From: Solirubrobacteraceae bacterium | Lineage (GTDB): Bacteria; Actinomycetota; Thermoleophilia; Solirubrobacterales; Solirubrobacteraceae | Direction of reading: 5' to 3' | Assembly (NCBI GenBank): GCA_017882455.1 | Contig: JADGPL010000013.1 | Location: forward strand, 25,116-89,115 | Length of the DNA stretch: 64,000 nucleotides | In this document: piece by piece, positions 44,533-54,017 of the stretch | Layout: each line of letters begins with the position of its first letter | Numbering within the stretch: position 1 is the stretch's first letter | The notes under the pieces: model-generated | Told to the model about the DNA's origin: nothing | The model's input: only the letters and a program-made list of their open reading frames with translations | The model's database searches: none | Program-made: the position numbers and the translations under genes

Positions 44533-45860
44533 TCTGGCTGCTGCGCAAGGACCTGCTGATCCTGCGCCGCTCGCGGCTGCTGGTGGCGCTGCTGGTCTTC
44601 TACCCGATCGCCATCGCCCTGCTGATCGGCTTCGCCATCTCGCGCAGCCCGTCGCGCCCACGGGTGGCGATCGTCGACGAGACCCCCGCCGGCGAGACCA
44701 TCCAGGTGGGCGGCCAGCGCGTGGAGGTGAGCCAATACGCCCGCCAGCTCTTCAGCCAGGTCCAGTCGGTCGGTGTGAGCTCCCGGGCCCAGGCGGTCGA
44801 AGAGGTCAAGTCCGCCGACGTGCTCGCGGCCGTGGTCATCCCCGCCGACATCGCCGCTCGCATCTCCTCCGGGACGGCACAGGGGCAGCTCGAAGTGATC
44901 TACAACGGGGACGCGCTGGAGCAATCGCTCGTGCAGTCGCAGATCGGCTCCGCGCTCGCCCAGGCGAATCTGGGCTTCTCCGAACAGCTGCAGCGAGCCG
45001 CTGCCAAGGCGATCGATGGGCTGCTGCGCGGCGGCAATCTCGGCTCGCTGGGCGCCCCGAGCGATCTGATCGGGCTCGAACAGATCCCGGCGGTGTTGCA
45101 GCGCGTGCTCGCGCACGTGCCCGCCGGCAGCGACCGCGCGGCGCTCGAGCGGGTGGCGAGCTTCGCCGACTTCGCCGCGCAGAACCTGAGCGTGAGCAAG
45201 AAGGTGCTCTCGACGGTGGGCCAGCCGATCCGCGTCCACAGCACGCTGCTCCACGGCCGCCGCACGCCGCTGAACACCTTTGCGGTCGTGGTTGCCGTCA
45301 GCGTCTCGCTGATGTTCGTGTGCGTCCTGCTCGCTGCGGGGGGGGTCGCGCTCGAGCGCGAAGAGCGGGCGCTGGGGCGCCTCATCCGCGGGCTGGTCTC
45401 GCGTGAGGCGCTGCTCGTGGAGAAGGGGATGCTGGCGGCGGGCTGCTCCTTCGTGCTCGCCCTGGCGATGCTCGCCGGGGTCGGCGCGTTCGTCTCGCTC
45501 GACTGGAGTCGCGCCGGACTGTGGGTGGTGGCGCTCGCGTTCGGTGCGCTCTCGTTCGGAGCGCTCGGGGTCGCCATCGGTGCGCTCGCCCGCGAGGTGC
45601 GCGCCGCCTCGCTGCTCGCGTTCCTGATGTCGCTGCCGTTGGCCTTCCTGGCCCTTGTCCCGAGCGGCTCGGTCTCGCACGGCTTCTACGAGGTGATCGG
45701 GGCGGTGTCGTTCCTCTTCCCCTTCAAGGCGGCCCTCCAGGCCCTCGACGCCGCCGTCAACGGCGCCGCGCCGTCGATCGGCGGATCGCTCGCGCACCTG
45801 GCCGGCCTTTGCGTCATCTTCGGCGCGCTCGCCCGCTTCGGCCTGCGCCGGGCCGATTGA
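44529..45860 (+). CDS. ABC-2 type transporter permease
   Basis: 443 aa. N-terminal TM helix, a large extracytoplasmic loop, and a C-terminal block of hydrophobic helices. Overlaps the ATPase stop by 4 nt. Confidence 0.8.
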   Translation: MIWLLRKDLLILRRSRLLVALLVFYPIAIALLIGFAISRSPSRPRVAIVDETPAGETIQVGGQRVEVSQYARQLFSQVQSVGVSSRAQAVEEVKSADVLAAVVIPADIAARISSGTAQGQLEVIYNGDALEQSLVQSQIGSALAQANLGFSEQLQRAAAKAIDGLLRGGNLGSLGAPSDLIGLEQIPAVLQRVLAHVPAGSDRAALERVASFADFAAQNLSVSKKVLSTVGQPIRVHSTLLHGRRTPLNTFAVVVAVSVSLMFVCVLLAAGGVALEREERALGRLIRGLVSREALLVEKGMLAAGCSFVLALAMLAGVGAFVSLDWSRAGLWVVALAFGALSFGALGVAIGALAREVRAASLLAFLMSLPLAFLALVPSGSVSHGFYEVIGAVSFLFPFKAALQALDAAVNGAAPSIGGSLAHLAGLCVIFGALARFGLRRAD

Positions 45861-45893
45861 GCCACGCTGAGCCGGCGAGGCTCTAACCTGGAA

Positions 45894-46886
45894 ATGGCCA
45901 TGGCCTTTCCACAGACGCGCATGCGCAGACTGCGGGCGAGCGCCCCGCTGCGCGGGCTCGTGCGCGAGACAGACCTGCGCGCGGGACAGCTGATGCTGCC
46001 GCTGTTCGTCGCCGAGGCGTCCAGCGGCGATCGCGAGCCGATCGCGACGATGCCCGGCGTCGAGCGGCTCTCGCTCGCGGCGGTGGTGGCCGAGGCGCGC
46101 GAGGCCGCGGCGGTGGGGATCGCGGCGGTGATGCTCTTCGGCGTGCCCGCGGCCAAGGATGAGGAGGGGTCGGGTGCGTGGGATGAGGAGGGCGTCGTGC
46201 AGCTGGCCGTGCGCGCGATCAAGCAGGCCGTGCCGGAGCTGCTCGTGGCCACCGACGTGTGCCTGTGCGAGTACACCGCCCACGGGCACTGCGGAGTGCT
46301 GCGCGGGGACGGCTCCGTGGACAATGACGCCTCGCTCGAGCTGCTCGCGCGCACGGCGGTCAGCCACGCCCGCGCCGGCGCCGACCTGGTGGCTCCCTCG
46401 GACATGATGGACGGGCGCGTGGGCGCGATCAGGGAGGAGCTCGACGGCGAGGGCTTCGCCGACACGCCGATCCTCGCCTACTCGGCCAAGTTCGCCTCGG
46501 CCTTCTATGGCCCCTTCCGCGAGGCGGCCGACTCGACCCCGGCGTTCGGCGACAGGCGCGGCTACCAGATGGATCCCGCCAACGGCCGCGAGGCCGTGCG
46601 CGAGGCGCTGCTCGACGTGCAGGAGGGCGCGGACATGGTGATGGTCAAGCCGGCGCTCGCCTACGGCGACCTGATCAGCGCGGTCAGGCAGGCGACGCGA
46701 CTGCCGGTGGCGGCCTACAACGTGAGCGGCGAGTATGCGATGGTCAAGGCAGCCGCCGCGGCCGGCTACATCGACGAGCGGGCTGCGGTGCTGGAGATCC
46801 TGACCTCCCTGCGCCGCGCGGGCGCCGACACGATCGTCACCTACCACGCAAAGGACGCAGCCAGATGGCTAGCAGAGCAGACCTGA
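45894..46886 (+). CDS. hemB: Porphobilinogen synthase (delta-aminolevulinate dehydratase)
   Basis: 330 aa. [21 protein letters not shown] (zinc-type Cys cluster), [17 protein letters not shown]. Confidence 0.95.
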   Translation: MAMAFPQTRMRRLRASAPLRGLVRETDLRAGQLMLPLFVAEASSGDREPIATMPGVERLSLAAVVAEAREAAAVGIAAVMLFGVPAAKDEEGSGAWDEEGVVQLAVRAIKQAVPELLVATDVCLCEYTAHGHCGVLRGDGSVDNDASLELLARTAVSHARAGADLVAPSDMMDGRVGAIREELDGEGFADTPILAYSAKFASAFYGPFREAADSTPAFGDRRGYQMDPANGREAVREALLDVQEGADMVMVKPALAYGDLISAVRQATRLPVAAYNVSGEYAMVKAAAAAGYIDERAAVLEILTSLRRAGADTIVTYHAKDAARWLAEQT

Positions 46887-47983
46887 TCACCGACAGCGCG
46901 GACGCCGAGCGCGCGGCCGCCGCCACGCCGAAGCTCCGCAGCCGCAAGGACGGCGCGGCGGTGGCGCTCGACGACGTCGACCGCAAGCTCTTGAACCTGA
47001 TGCAGGGAAGCTTCCCGATCGCCCCCCGGCCCTACCTGCGCGTCGCCGAGCTGGGTGGCGTGAGCGAGTCCGAGGTGATGAGCCGGGTGCAGCGGCTGCT
47101 GGACAAGCGGATCATCCGTCAGGTCACGCCGATCTTCGACACGCGCGCGCTCGGCTACTCCTCGATGCTGGTGGCGGCCAAGGTCGACCCCGAGCATCCC
47201 CACCGGGCGGCCCAGATCATCAACGAGCACCCCGGCGTGTCCCACAACTACCTGCGCAACCACGAGTTCAACCTGTGGTTCACGATCGCCACCGAGCCCG
47301 ACTCCAAGCTCGGCTTGGACGGCACCCTGGCGCTTCTCGCACGCGAGTCCGGCGCCGAGTCGGTCCGTCAGCTGCCGACCCTCAGGCTGTTCAAGATCCG
47401 CATGGACCTCGAAATGGAGGGCGACACGAAGGCGCTTTCGAGCTCGGCCGAGATCAAGGAGCCGATCGAGCTCGAGCCACAGCCCTACGACGAGGCCGAC
47501 ATCGCCGTGATCCGCGCGCTGCAGGGCGACATGCCCGTCGTGGAGGAGCCGTATGCGCCAGCCGCCGCCGAGCTCGGAATGGACCAGGAGCGCTTTCTGG
47601 ACCATCTCGCGGGCATGCAGGAGCGCGGGCTGCTGCGACGGGTCGCGGCCATCCTCTACCACCGCCGGGCGGGCTTCTCGGCCAACGGCATGGGCGTCTG
47701 GAAGGTGCCTGACGAGCAGATCTTCGACATCGGCTGCCGCATGGCGGCGGTGCGGGGCATCTCCCACTGCTACCAGCGGCCCACCTACGAGGACTGGCCG
47801 TACTCCGTCTTCACGATGGCCCACGGCCGCTCCAAGGAGGAGTGCGACGCCGTGCTGGACGCCATCGCCGAGCAGACCGGCATCCACGAGCGCGCCACGC
47901 TGTACTCCTCCACCGAGTTCAAGAAGATCCGCCTCACCTACTTCACCGAGGACTTCAAGAACTGGGAGTCGAGGCACGCCTGA
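46865..47983 (+). CDS. Fused AhbA/AhbB-like (NirDL-like) siroheme decarboxylase, two Lrp/AsnC-like modules
   Basis: 372 aa. Module 1: [23 protein letters not shown]...[17 protein letters not shown]...[19 protein letters not shown]. Module 2: [15 protein letters not shown]...GMGVWKVP...[23 protein letters not shown]. Confidence 0.75.
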   Translation: MASRADLITDSADAERAAAATPKLRSRKDGAAVALDDVDRKLLNLMQGSFPIAPRPYLRVAELGGVSESEVMSRVQRLLDKRIIRQVTPIFDTRALGYSSMLVAAKVDPEHPHRAAQIINEHPGVSHNYLRNHEFNLWFTIATEPDSKLGLDGTLALLARESGAESVRQLPTLRLFKIRMDLEMEGDTKALSSSAEIKEPIELEPQPYDEADIAVIRALQGDMPVVEEPYAPAAAELGMDQERFLDHLAGMQERGLLRRVAAILYHRRAGFSANGMGVWKVPDEQIFDIGCRMAAVRGISHCYQRPTYEDWPYSVFTMAHGRSKEECDAVLDAIAEQTGIHERATLYSSTEFKKIRLTYFTEDFKNWESRHA

Positions 47984-47993
47984 GCGTGGACTC

Positions 47994-49295
47994 GTGACGG
48001 CGTCGCTCACGGACACGCGCTCGGCGGAGATCTACCGGCGCGCCCTGCAGCGGATCCCGGGCGGGGTCAACTCGCCCGTGCGCGCGATGCGCGCGATCGG
48101 TCGCGACCCGATCTTCATCGACCGCGGCGAAGGGGCGGAGATCGTCGACGTGGACGGCAACCGCTACGTGGACTACGTCTGCTCGTGGGGACCGTTGATC
48201 CACGGGCACGCCCACCCCGAGGTGCTCGCCGCGATCGGCGCGGCCGCGGCCAAGGGCACGAGCTTCGGGGCGCCCACCCCCGGCGAGGTGCAGCTGGCCG
48301 AGGAGGTGGCCGCGCGCATGGACGGCGTGGAGATGCTGCGCATGACCTCCTCGGGCACCGAGGCGACGATGACGGCCATCCGCCTCGCGCGGGCGGCGAC
48401 GGGGCGCGAGCTGGTGCTCAAGTTCGCGGGCGCCTACCACGGCCATCTGGACGTGCTGCTTGCAGAGGCAGGCTCGGGCCTTGCCACGCAGGCGCTGCCG
48501 GCGAGCCCCGGCGTCCCGCGCAGCGCCGCCGCTGAGACGATCGTGATCCCCTGGAACGATCCCGACGCGCTGCTCGGGGCCACCGAGGGTCGCGAGCTCG
48601 CAGCCATCATCGCCGAGCCGCTTCCGGCCAACATGGGCCTCGTGGCCCCCAGCACGGGCTTCCTGGAGCTGCTGCGAGAACGCGCCGATGAGAACGGTGC
48701 GCTGCTGGTGCTCGACGAGGTCATCAGCGGCTTTCGCGTCGCCCGCGGCGGCGCACAGGAGCTGGCCGGAGTGACAGGCGACCTGACGATCCTGGGCAAG
48801 GTCATCGGCGGCGGGCTGCCCGCGGCGGCGCTCGGCGGCAGCGTCGAGCTGATGGGCCGCCTGGCGCCAGCCGGCGAGGTCTACCAGGCCGGCACGCTGT
48901 CGGGGAACCCCCTGGCCGTCGCCGCCGGACTGGCGAGCTTGGAGCTGCTCGACGAGGAGGCATACCTGCGCTTGGCGGCCATCACCGAGCAGCTCGCCGA
49001 GGGCCTGCGCGAGGCCGGCAGCGCTCATCCGATCCAGGTCGTGAGCGCACCGGGCCTGTTGACCGTCTTCTTCAGCGAGCGGCCCGTGTCCTGCTTTGCC
49101 GAGGCTCGGGAATGCGATTTGGAGAGCTATGCGAGCTGGTGTCGTGAGCTGCTCGGGCGCGGCGTGTATCCGCCGCCCTCGCAGTTCGAGGCCTGGTTTC
49201 CCTCGCTGGCCCACACCGGCGAGCAGATCGGGCGCACGCTCGAAGCCGCCGCGGCGGCCTTCGCCGCTCTGCCCGAGGGGAGCGCGGGCCGGTGA
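47994..49295 (+). CDS. hemL: Glutamate-1-semialdehyde 2,1-aminomutase
   Basis: Tail of ORF 47553..49295 from GTG 47994. IPGGVNSPVRA, DYVCSWGPLIHGHAHP, SGTEATM, DEVISGFR, LGKVIGGGLP (PLP lysine). Confidence 0.95.
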   Translation: MTASLTDTRSAEIYRRALQRIPGGVNSPVRAMRAIGRDPIFIDRGEGAEIVDVDGNRYVDYVCSWGPLIHGHAHPEVLAAIGAAAAKGTSFGAPTPGEVQLAEEVAARMDGVEMLRMTSSGTEATMTAIRLARAATGRELVLKFAGAYHGHLDVLLAEAGSGLATQALPASPGVPRSAAAETIVIPWNDPDALLGATEGRELAAIIAEPLPANMGLVAPSTGFLELLRERADENGALLVLDEVISGFRVARGGAQELAGVTGDLTILGKVIGGGLPAAALGGSVELMGRLAPAGEVYQAGTLSGNPLAVAAGLASLELLDEEAYLRLAAITEQLAEGLREAGSAHPIQVVSAPGLLTVFFSERPVSCFAEARECDLESYASWCRELLGRGVYPPPSQFEAWFPSLAHTGEQIGRTLEAAAAAFAALPEGSAGR

Positions 49296-49849
49296 GCGCC
49301 GCGACCCGGACCGGCGCCCATGGCGGCGTCGAGCGCCTGCGCACGCTGCTCCAAGCCGAAGGCGGCCTGATCGCCACGCTCGTGGGCTCCGGGGCGAGCA
49401 AGGAGGAGGAGCGCCCTCCCTCCCCGGCGATCCTGGCGGCCGATGGGCCACGCGCCGCGGGAAGGCGCGAGGAGTATGAGCTGCTGGTCGAGGCCATCTA
49501 CGAGGGCTACCTGCTCCACTATGGGACCCCGCGCGTGGTACGCGTACCCGAGGCCGATCTCAGGCTGCTCGCCGGCGACCAGCTCTACGCGATCGGCCTC
49601 GCTCGCCTGGTCGCGCTGGGAGACATCCTGGCGGTGGCCGAGCTGGCTGACACGATCACGCTCAGCGCGCTCGCGCAGGGAGCGGGGAGCGGGGAGCTCG
49701 CGGAGGCGGTCTGGGCGGCCGGCGCCCGCGCGGTCGGCTGGGGTCCAAGCGAGGAGCACAGGCTCGCCAAGCAGCTCGTATGCGAGGGCTCCTCCTCGGC
49801 GCTCGAGGCGATGCGCACAAGCGCTACGGCGGTCCCGGCGTCGCCCTGA
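49292..49849 (+). CDS. Hypothetical protein coupled to hemL
   Basis: 185 aa. The GTG start overlaps the hemL stop (GTGA). LLAGDQLYAIGLARLVALGDILAVAELADTI vaguely recalls polyprenyl-synthase-like helices, but no DDxxD motif is present. Confidence 0.45.
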   Translation: MSAATRTGAHGGVERLRTLLQAEGGLIATLVGSGASKEEERPPSPAILAADGPRAAGRREEYELLVEAIYEGYLLHYGTPRVVRVPEADLRLLAGDQLYAIGLARLVALGDILAVAELADTITLSALAQGAGSGELAEAVWAAGARAVGWGPSEEHRLAKQLVCEGSSSALEAMRTSATAVPASP

Positions 49850-49877
49850 ATCGCGCCTCGATATTGTTTGCGCCCCG

Positions 49878-50543
49878 GTGTCCGACAAGCGCTCCAAACA
49901 GAAGTCCAAGTACACGCTCGACCGCAACATCCCCGGAGCATTCGAGGGTGAGACGGTCACACGTCGCCGGTTCATGACCGGCACCGCCCACACCGCCGGC
50001 GCGATCGCGGCGAGCGCGTTCGCGCTTCCGGCGCTCGGCTTCGCGATCGGACCGATCTTCAAAAGCACGCCACACCACTGGGAAGTGGTGGGCACGGAAG
50101 GGATGTTCACGGACACCAACTACGTACCTGTGGTCCTGACCGTCGCACCGAACATCGGCGAGGCCGGAAAGACGACGGTCTACGTCCGCAAGTTCAACCC
50201 CGAGCTCGACACGGATCCCTACGACAAGGGCACTCCCTACATCGCGATCTCCAGCCGCTGCGCGCACCTCGGCTGCCCTGTGCGCTGGGTGGACGCGGCC
50301 GAGCGCTTCATCTGCCCATGCCACGGCGGTGTCTACGACCTCCTCGGCCGTCGCGTGGGCGGCCCCCCCGTGCGACCCCTGGACCGCTTCTACACCCGTG
50401 TCGCGGGAGAAAGCGTCGAAGTGGGGCCACGCTTCAGCGTGAACAGCGAGCTCAAACGCTTCTCGCCGCGCGACCCGGGTGAGCCGCTGGACGGCATCGG
50501 GCAGTACCTCTACCCCTCTCGACCCGGCGCCCAGAAACTCTAG
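49878..50543 (+). CDS. qcrA: Rieske [2Fe-2S] subunit of menaquinol-cytochrome c reductase
   Basis: Tail of ORF 49443..50543 from GTG 49878. Tat motif TRRRFMTG, and cluster ligands CAHLGCP...CPCHGG. Confidence 0.88.
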   Translation: MSDKRSKQKSKYTLDRNIPGAFEGETVTRRRFMTGTAHTAGAIAASAFALPALGFAIGPIFKSTPHHWEVVGTEGMFTDTNYVPVVLTVAPNIGEAGKTTVYVRKFNPELDTDPYDKGTPYIAISSRCAHLGCPVRWVDAAERFICPCHGGVYDLLGRRVGGPPVRPLDRFYTRVAGESVEVGPRFSVNSELKRFSPRDPGEPLDGIGQYLYPSRPGAQKL

Positions 50544-50570
50544 CCCGCCGCCGGCGAACGACGACCCAAG

Positions 50571-51383
50571 TTGCCCAAGCTCCCCAAGCTCCCCGCCCCT
50601 CCGCTCCCCCCGCCGCTGCGGGAACCGCCTCCGCGGCCGGGCGAGGCCAATGGCGAGGGCGGGCCGATCGAGGATGCCAGGCAGGCCGGGATCACGGTCG
50701 TCGACTGGGTCGACGAGCGCACCTCGCTGAGCGGGGCCGCCCGCTGGATGATGTTCCGCAAGGTGCCCAAGGGCACCAACTGGTTCTACACGCTCGGCTC
50801 GGCCACGATGTTCGCCTTCCTCTCCCAGGCCGTCACAGGGGTGTTCCTGGCGATGTACTACCGCCCCGATCCGGCCGGGGGTGCCTATGAATCGATCCGC
50901 TACGTGACCAACGACGTCTTCCTCGGCCAGTTCGTGCGTGGGATGCACAAGTGGGGCTCGAGCGTGATGGTGATCCTCGTGTTCCTGCACATGGGCCGCA
51001 CGTTCTTCTTCGGCGCCTACAAGTACCCCCGCGAGCTCAACTGGGTGATCGGCGTGGTCCTGCTGATCCTCACCATGACGATGTCGTTCACCGGCTACCT
51101 GCTGCCCTTCGACCAGCGCGCCTACTGGGCGACGATCGTGGGCGTGAACATCAATGGCACGGGTCCGCTGATCGGCCCCTACCTGAGCGACTTCCTGCGC
51201 GGCGGCTCGGAATTCGGGGCGACGACGCTGTCGCGCTTCTATGCCATCCACATGCTGCTCGTCCCCGGTCTGCTCGCCGCGCTGATCGGCGCGCACCTCT
51301 ACCTGGTGGCCAAGCTCGGCACCACGGCGCCTCCGTGGCAGAAGGCCGAGACGCGCCCCGAGCTGCGCGAGACGGAGGTCTAG
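50571..51383 (+). CDS. qcrB: Cytochrome b6-type subunit of menaquinol-cytochrome c reductase
   Basis: 270 aa. FVRGMHKWGSSVMVILVFLHM, FTGYLLPFDQRAYWAT, FYAIHMLLVP (heme His ligands). The track start is TTG, giving a Pro-rich roughly 40-aa leader, so the true start is uncertain. Confidence 0.88.
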   Translation: MPKLPKLPAPPLPPPLREPPPRPGEANGEGGPIEDARQAGITVVDWVDERTSLSGAARWMMFRKVPKGTNWFYTLGSATMFAFLSQAVTGVFLAMYYRPDPAGGAYESIRYVTNDVFLGQFVRGMHKWGSSVMVILVFLHMGRTFFFGAYKYPRELNWVIGVVLLILTMTMSFTGYLLPFDQRAYWATIVGVNINGTGPLIGPYLSDFLRGGSEFGATTLSRFYAIHMLLVPGLLAALIGAHLYLVAKLGTTAPPWQKAETRPELRETEV

Positions 51384-52118
51384 ATGAATCAGCGCGAGAA
51401 GGAGGAGTACCTCCGCGAGTACGCGACCCTGAAGGCCAAGGGCAAGCCGTTCTTCCCCTACGCGGTCGCAAAGGACAGCGCGATGGCGGTCGTGGTGATG
51501 GCGATCATCATCGCGATGTCACTCGTGCTCGGAGCCGAGCTCGGCTCCAAGGCCAACCCGACGACGACCACCTATGTGCCGCGTCCCGAGTGGTACTTCT
51601 TCTTCCTGTTCGAGGTCCTCCGTGTGGTCAAGCCTCCGAGCCTGGTGGGGCTGGCCACGATCGGAGTGCCCACGATCGGCATGATCCTGCTGTTCCTGCT
51701 GCCGTTCTACGACCGTGGGCCCGAGCGCCGGCCCGAGCGGCGCCCGGTGGCGACGATCACCGGGATCGTGGTGATCTGCGCGATGGCCTTCCTCACCTAC
51801 GAGGGCGCCAACGCCGGCTCCCCCACGGCGATCGAAACGACCACGCCCGCGGCTGTGAAGCAGGCCGGTGGCAGCACGCTCGCCGAATACGAAGCCGGCA
51901 AGAAGGTGGTGGCGCAGTCGGGCTGCCTTGCATGCCACAAGATCGGCGACAACGGCAACGCCGGACCGGGACCGAACCTCACGCACATCGCCTCGCGACT
52001 GCCGCGGCAGGGGATCGCTCGCACGCTCGTGAACCCGACGGCGCCGATGCCCTCGTTCAAGAACCTGCCACCGAAGAAGTTCACAGCGATCGTCAATTTC
52101 CTCGCGCTGAGCAAGTAG
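51384..52118 (+). CDS. qcrC: Subunit-IV-like domain fused to monoheme cytochrome c (Bacillus QcrC-type)
   Basis: 244 aa. PEWYFFFLFEVLR (subunit IV motif), three TM helices, and a C-terminal CLACHKIG c-type heme site with a distal MPSF. Confidence 0.85.
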   Translation: MNQREKEEYLREYATLKAKGKPFFPYAVAKDSAMAVVVMAIIIAMSLVLGAELGSKANPTTTTYVPRPEWYFFFLFEVLRVVKPPSLVGLATIGVPTIGMILLFLLPFYDRGPERRPERRPVATITGIVVICAMAFLTYEGANAGSPTAIETTTPAAVKQAGGSTLAEYEAGKKVVAQSGCLACHKIGDNGNAGPGPNLTHIASRLPRQGIARTLVNPTAPMPSFKNLPPKKFTAIVNFLALSK

Positions 52119-52125
52119 CCGGCCC

Positions 52126-52959
52126 ATGCCCGCTCGCCACCGAGCCGGCGCACCCCGGGGGGCACCCTCCACGTCGGAGGGCAGGCAGGTCGGAAAGCTG
52201 CAGGCGGGGCAGGTGCGTGCGATGTTCGATCGCATCGCGGGCGTCTACGACCCGCTCAACACCGTGATGACGGCAGGGCTGCACCATCGCTGGCGCGCCC
52301 GCGCGGCGCAGGAAGCGCAGGTGGGCCCGGGCAGCCGGGTGCTCGACGTGGCCACGGGCACAGGCGACATGGCGATCGAGCTCGCCCGCCGCGTGGCGCC
52401 GGGCGGAGAGGTCATCGGCAGCGACTTTGCCGAGGGCATGCTCGACCGCGCGCGCGCCAAGGCAGCGACGGTGGGCGATGCCGGGGTGCGCCCGCGCTTC
52501 GAATGGGCCGACGCGATGGAGCTGCCCTACACAGACGGCTCCTTCGACGCCGCCACGGTCGGCTTCGGCGCTCGCAACTTCGACGATCTCGGTCGCGGCC
52601 TGGCCGAGATGGCCCGCGTGGTGCGCCCCGGGGGGCGTGTGGTGGTGCTCGAGATCACCAACCCCACCCGCCCTCCCCTGTCGCTCTTCTACGGTCTCTG
52701 GTTCGATCGCTTCGTCCCCGTGCTCGGCCACCTGGCCGGCGCTCTGGGCGGGCTCTCGGCGCGGATGCGTGGCGGTGCCGCTGGGTCCTCGATCGCCGAT
52801 GCCTACACCTACCTGCCGAGCTCGGTCAAGCGCTTCCCGGGCCCTCGGGCGCTGGCCGGGGAGATGGAGCGCGCGGGCCTCACGCAGATCCACTACCTGA
52901 TCACGGCCGGGGGGATCGTGGCGATCCATGCGGGCACCGTCCCGGCGCAGGGGGCATGA
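52126..52959 (+). CDS. ubiE: Demethylmenaquinone / ubiquinone methyltransferase UbiE/MenG
   Basis: 277 aa. MFDRIAGVYDPLN, VLDVATGTGD, GFGARN, and VVVLE within GGRVVVLEIT. Confidence 0.88.
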   Translation: MPARHRAGAPRGAPSTSEGRQVGKLQAGQVRAMFDRIAGVYDPLNTVMTAGLHHRWRARAAQEAQVGPGSRVLDVATGTGDMAIELARRVAPGGEVIGSDFAEGMLDRARAKAATVGDAGVRPRFEWADAMELPYTDGSFDAATVGFGARNFDDLGRGLAEMARVVRPGGRVVVLEITNPTRPPLSLFYGLWFDRFVPVLGHLAGALGGLSARMRGGAAGSSIADAYTYLPSSVKRFPGPRALAGEMERAGLTQIHYLITAGGIVAIHAGTVPAQGA

Positions 52960-53999
52960 TGAGCGCGGTGGGCGGCACACGGACACCAGACACCACGCAG
53001 GAGCTGGACGGACTCGACGCGATCATCCGTCGCGGCGGCGCGGGCCTGCGTGAGCGGATGGCGCGCACCGAGCGCCACCTCGAGCGGGTCACCGCCGAGG
53101 CCGGGGTTCCGCTGGCATCCCATGCCAACGCCACGGTCATCCCAGCCGGCAAGCGCCTGCGCCCGCTGCTCGTGGTGCTGGCCTCGGAGTCCGCTGGTGG
53201 GCCTCCCGACAGCGGCGATGGTGAGGAGCGCCTGGTGCGCGCCGCGGTCGCGGTGGAGCTCGTGCACTCAGCCACGCTCGTCCACGACGACCTGATCGAC
53301 GGCGCGCAGCTGCGCCGGGGTCGTCCGACGGTGGCGGCCGTCGCCGGGCGTCAGGTGGCGGTGGCCACGGGCGATCTGCTGTTCTCGCGCGCGTTTGCGG
53401 AGCTCGCGCGCAACCAGGACACGGCTCAGCTGCGCGCGCTCTCGGAAGCGAGCTCGGCGCTGGCCGAAGGCGAGCTGCTCCAGCGCGAGGACGCCTATGC
53501 GGCGCACGTGGCGGTCGAGCGCTATCTGCGCCGCTGCGAGCTGAAGACGGCGGCGCTGTTCGAGGCCGCGTGCCGCCTGGGAGCCCTCACGGCGGTCGAG
53601 GGATCGGGCGAGCTCGCGGACGCGCTCGGGGTGTTCGCCCGTCGCATCGGCCTGGCCTTCCAGATGCTCGACGACGTGCTCGACGTATCCGGCCCGGTCG
53701 AGCGCACGGGCAAGTCGCGCGGAACAGACCTGCTCGACGGCACCGTAACGCTGCCCTTCATCCTCGCGCGCGAACGCGAGCCGGAGCTCGCCACGTTCGA
53801 GCTCGCCGCGCTCGCCGGGCCGCGCCAGGCGGAGGAGCTGTGCGAGCGGATAGCAGCCACGGGCGCGCTCGATGAGGCCAGGGAGCAGGCGCTGGCGGTG
53901 GTGGCGGATGCCAAGGCCGCGCTCCCGGCCGTCCTGCCGGAAGGGCGCTCCCAGCTGCTCGAGCTGGTCGCCGACGCGGTCGTCGAGCGCTATCGCTGA
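52956..53999 (+). CDS. Long-chain polyprenyl diphosphate synthase (HepT/IspB-like)
   Basis: Tail of ORF 52503..53999 from ATG 52956 (ATGA overlap with the ubiE stop). GKRLRP, first DDxxD in LVHDDLIDG, second in FQMLDDVLD. Confidence 0.88.
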   Translation: MMSAVGGTRTPDTTQELDGLDAIIRRGGAGLRERMARTERHLERVTAEAGVPLASHANATVIPAGKRLRPLLVVLASESAGGPPDSGDGEERLVRAAVAVELVHSATLVHDDLIDGAQLRRGRPTVAAVAGRQVAVATGDLLFSRAFAELARNQDTAQLRALSEASSALAEGELLQREDAYAAHVAVERYLRRCELKTAALFEAACRLGALTAVEGSGELADALGVFARRIGLAFQMLDDVLDVSGPVERTGKSRGTDLLDGTVTLPFILAREREPELATFELAALAGPRQAEELCERIAATGALDEAREQALAVVADAKAALPAVLPEGRSQLLELVADAVVERYR

Positions 54000-54017
54000 G
54001 GTCGTAGCGTCCTGAGA

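Noticed and set aside
44367-46847. An 826-aa minus-strand ORF, plus many other long ORFs of 300-700 aa. Examples: 36..1169, 7325..8317, 8357..9355, 19192..20397, 20790..22889, 23732..24977, 38895..40016, 40040..41335, 46841..48016, 47955..49451, 49824..51296, 54221..55543, 58343..59647, 60976..62154.
   Set aside because: They run antisense to, or out of frame with, genes that have unmistakable family signatures. Their translations are Arg/Ala/Gly/Pro-rich low complexity with no motifs. Stop codons are rare in off-frames of very GC-rich DNA, so their length alone is not evidence.
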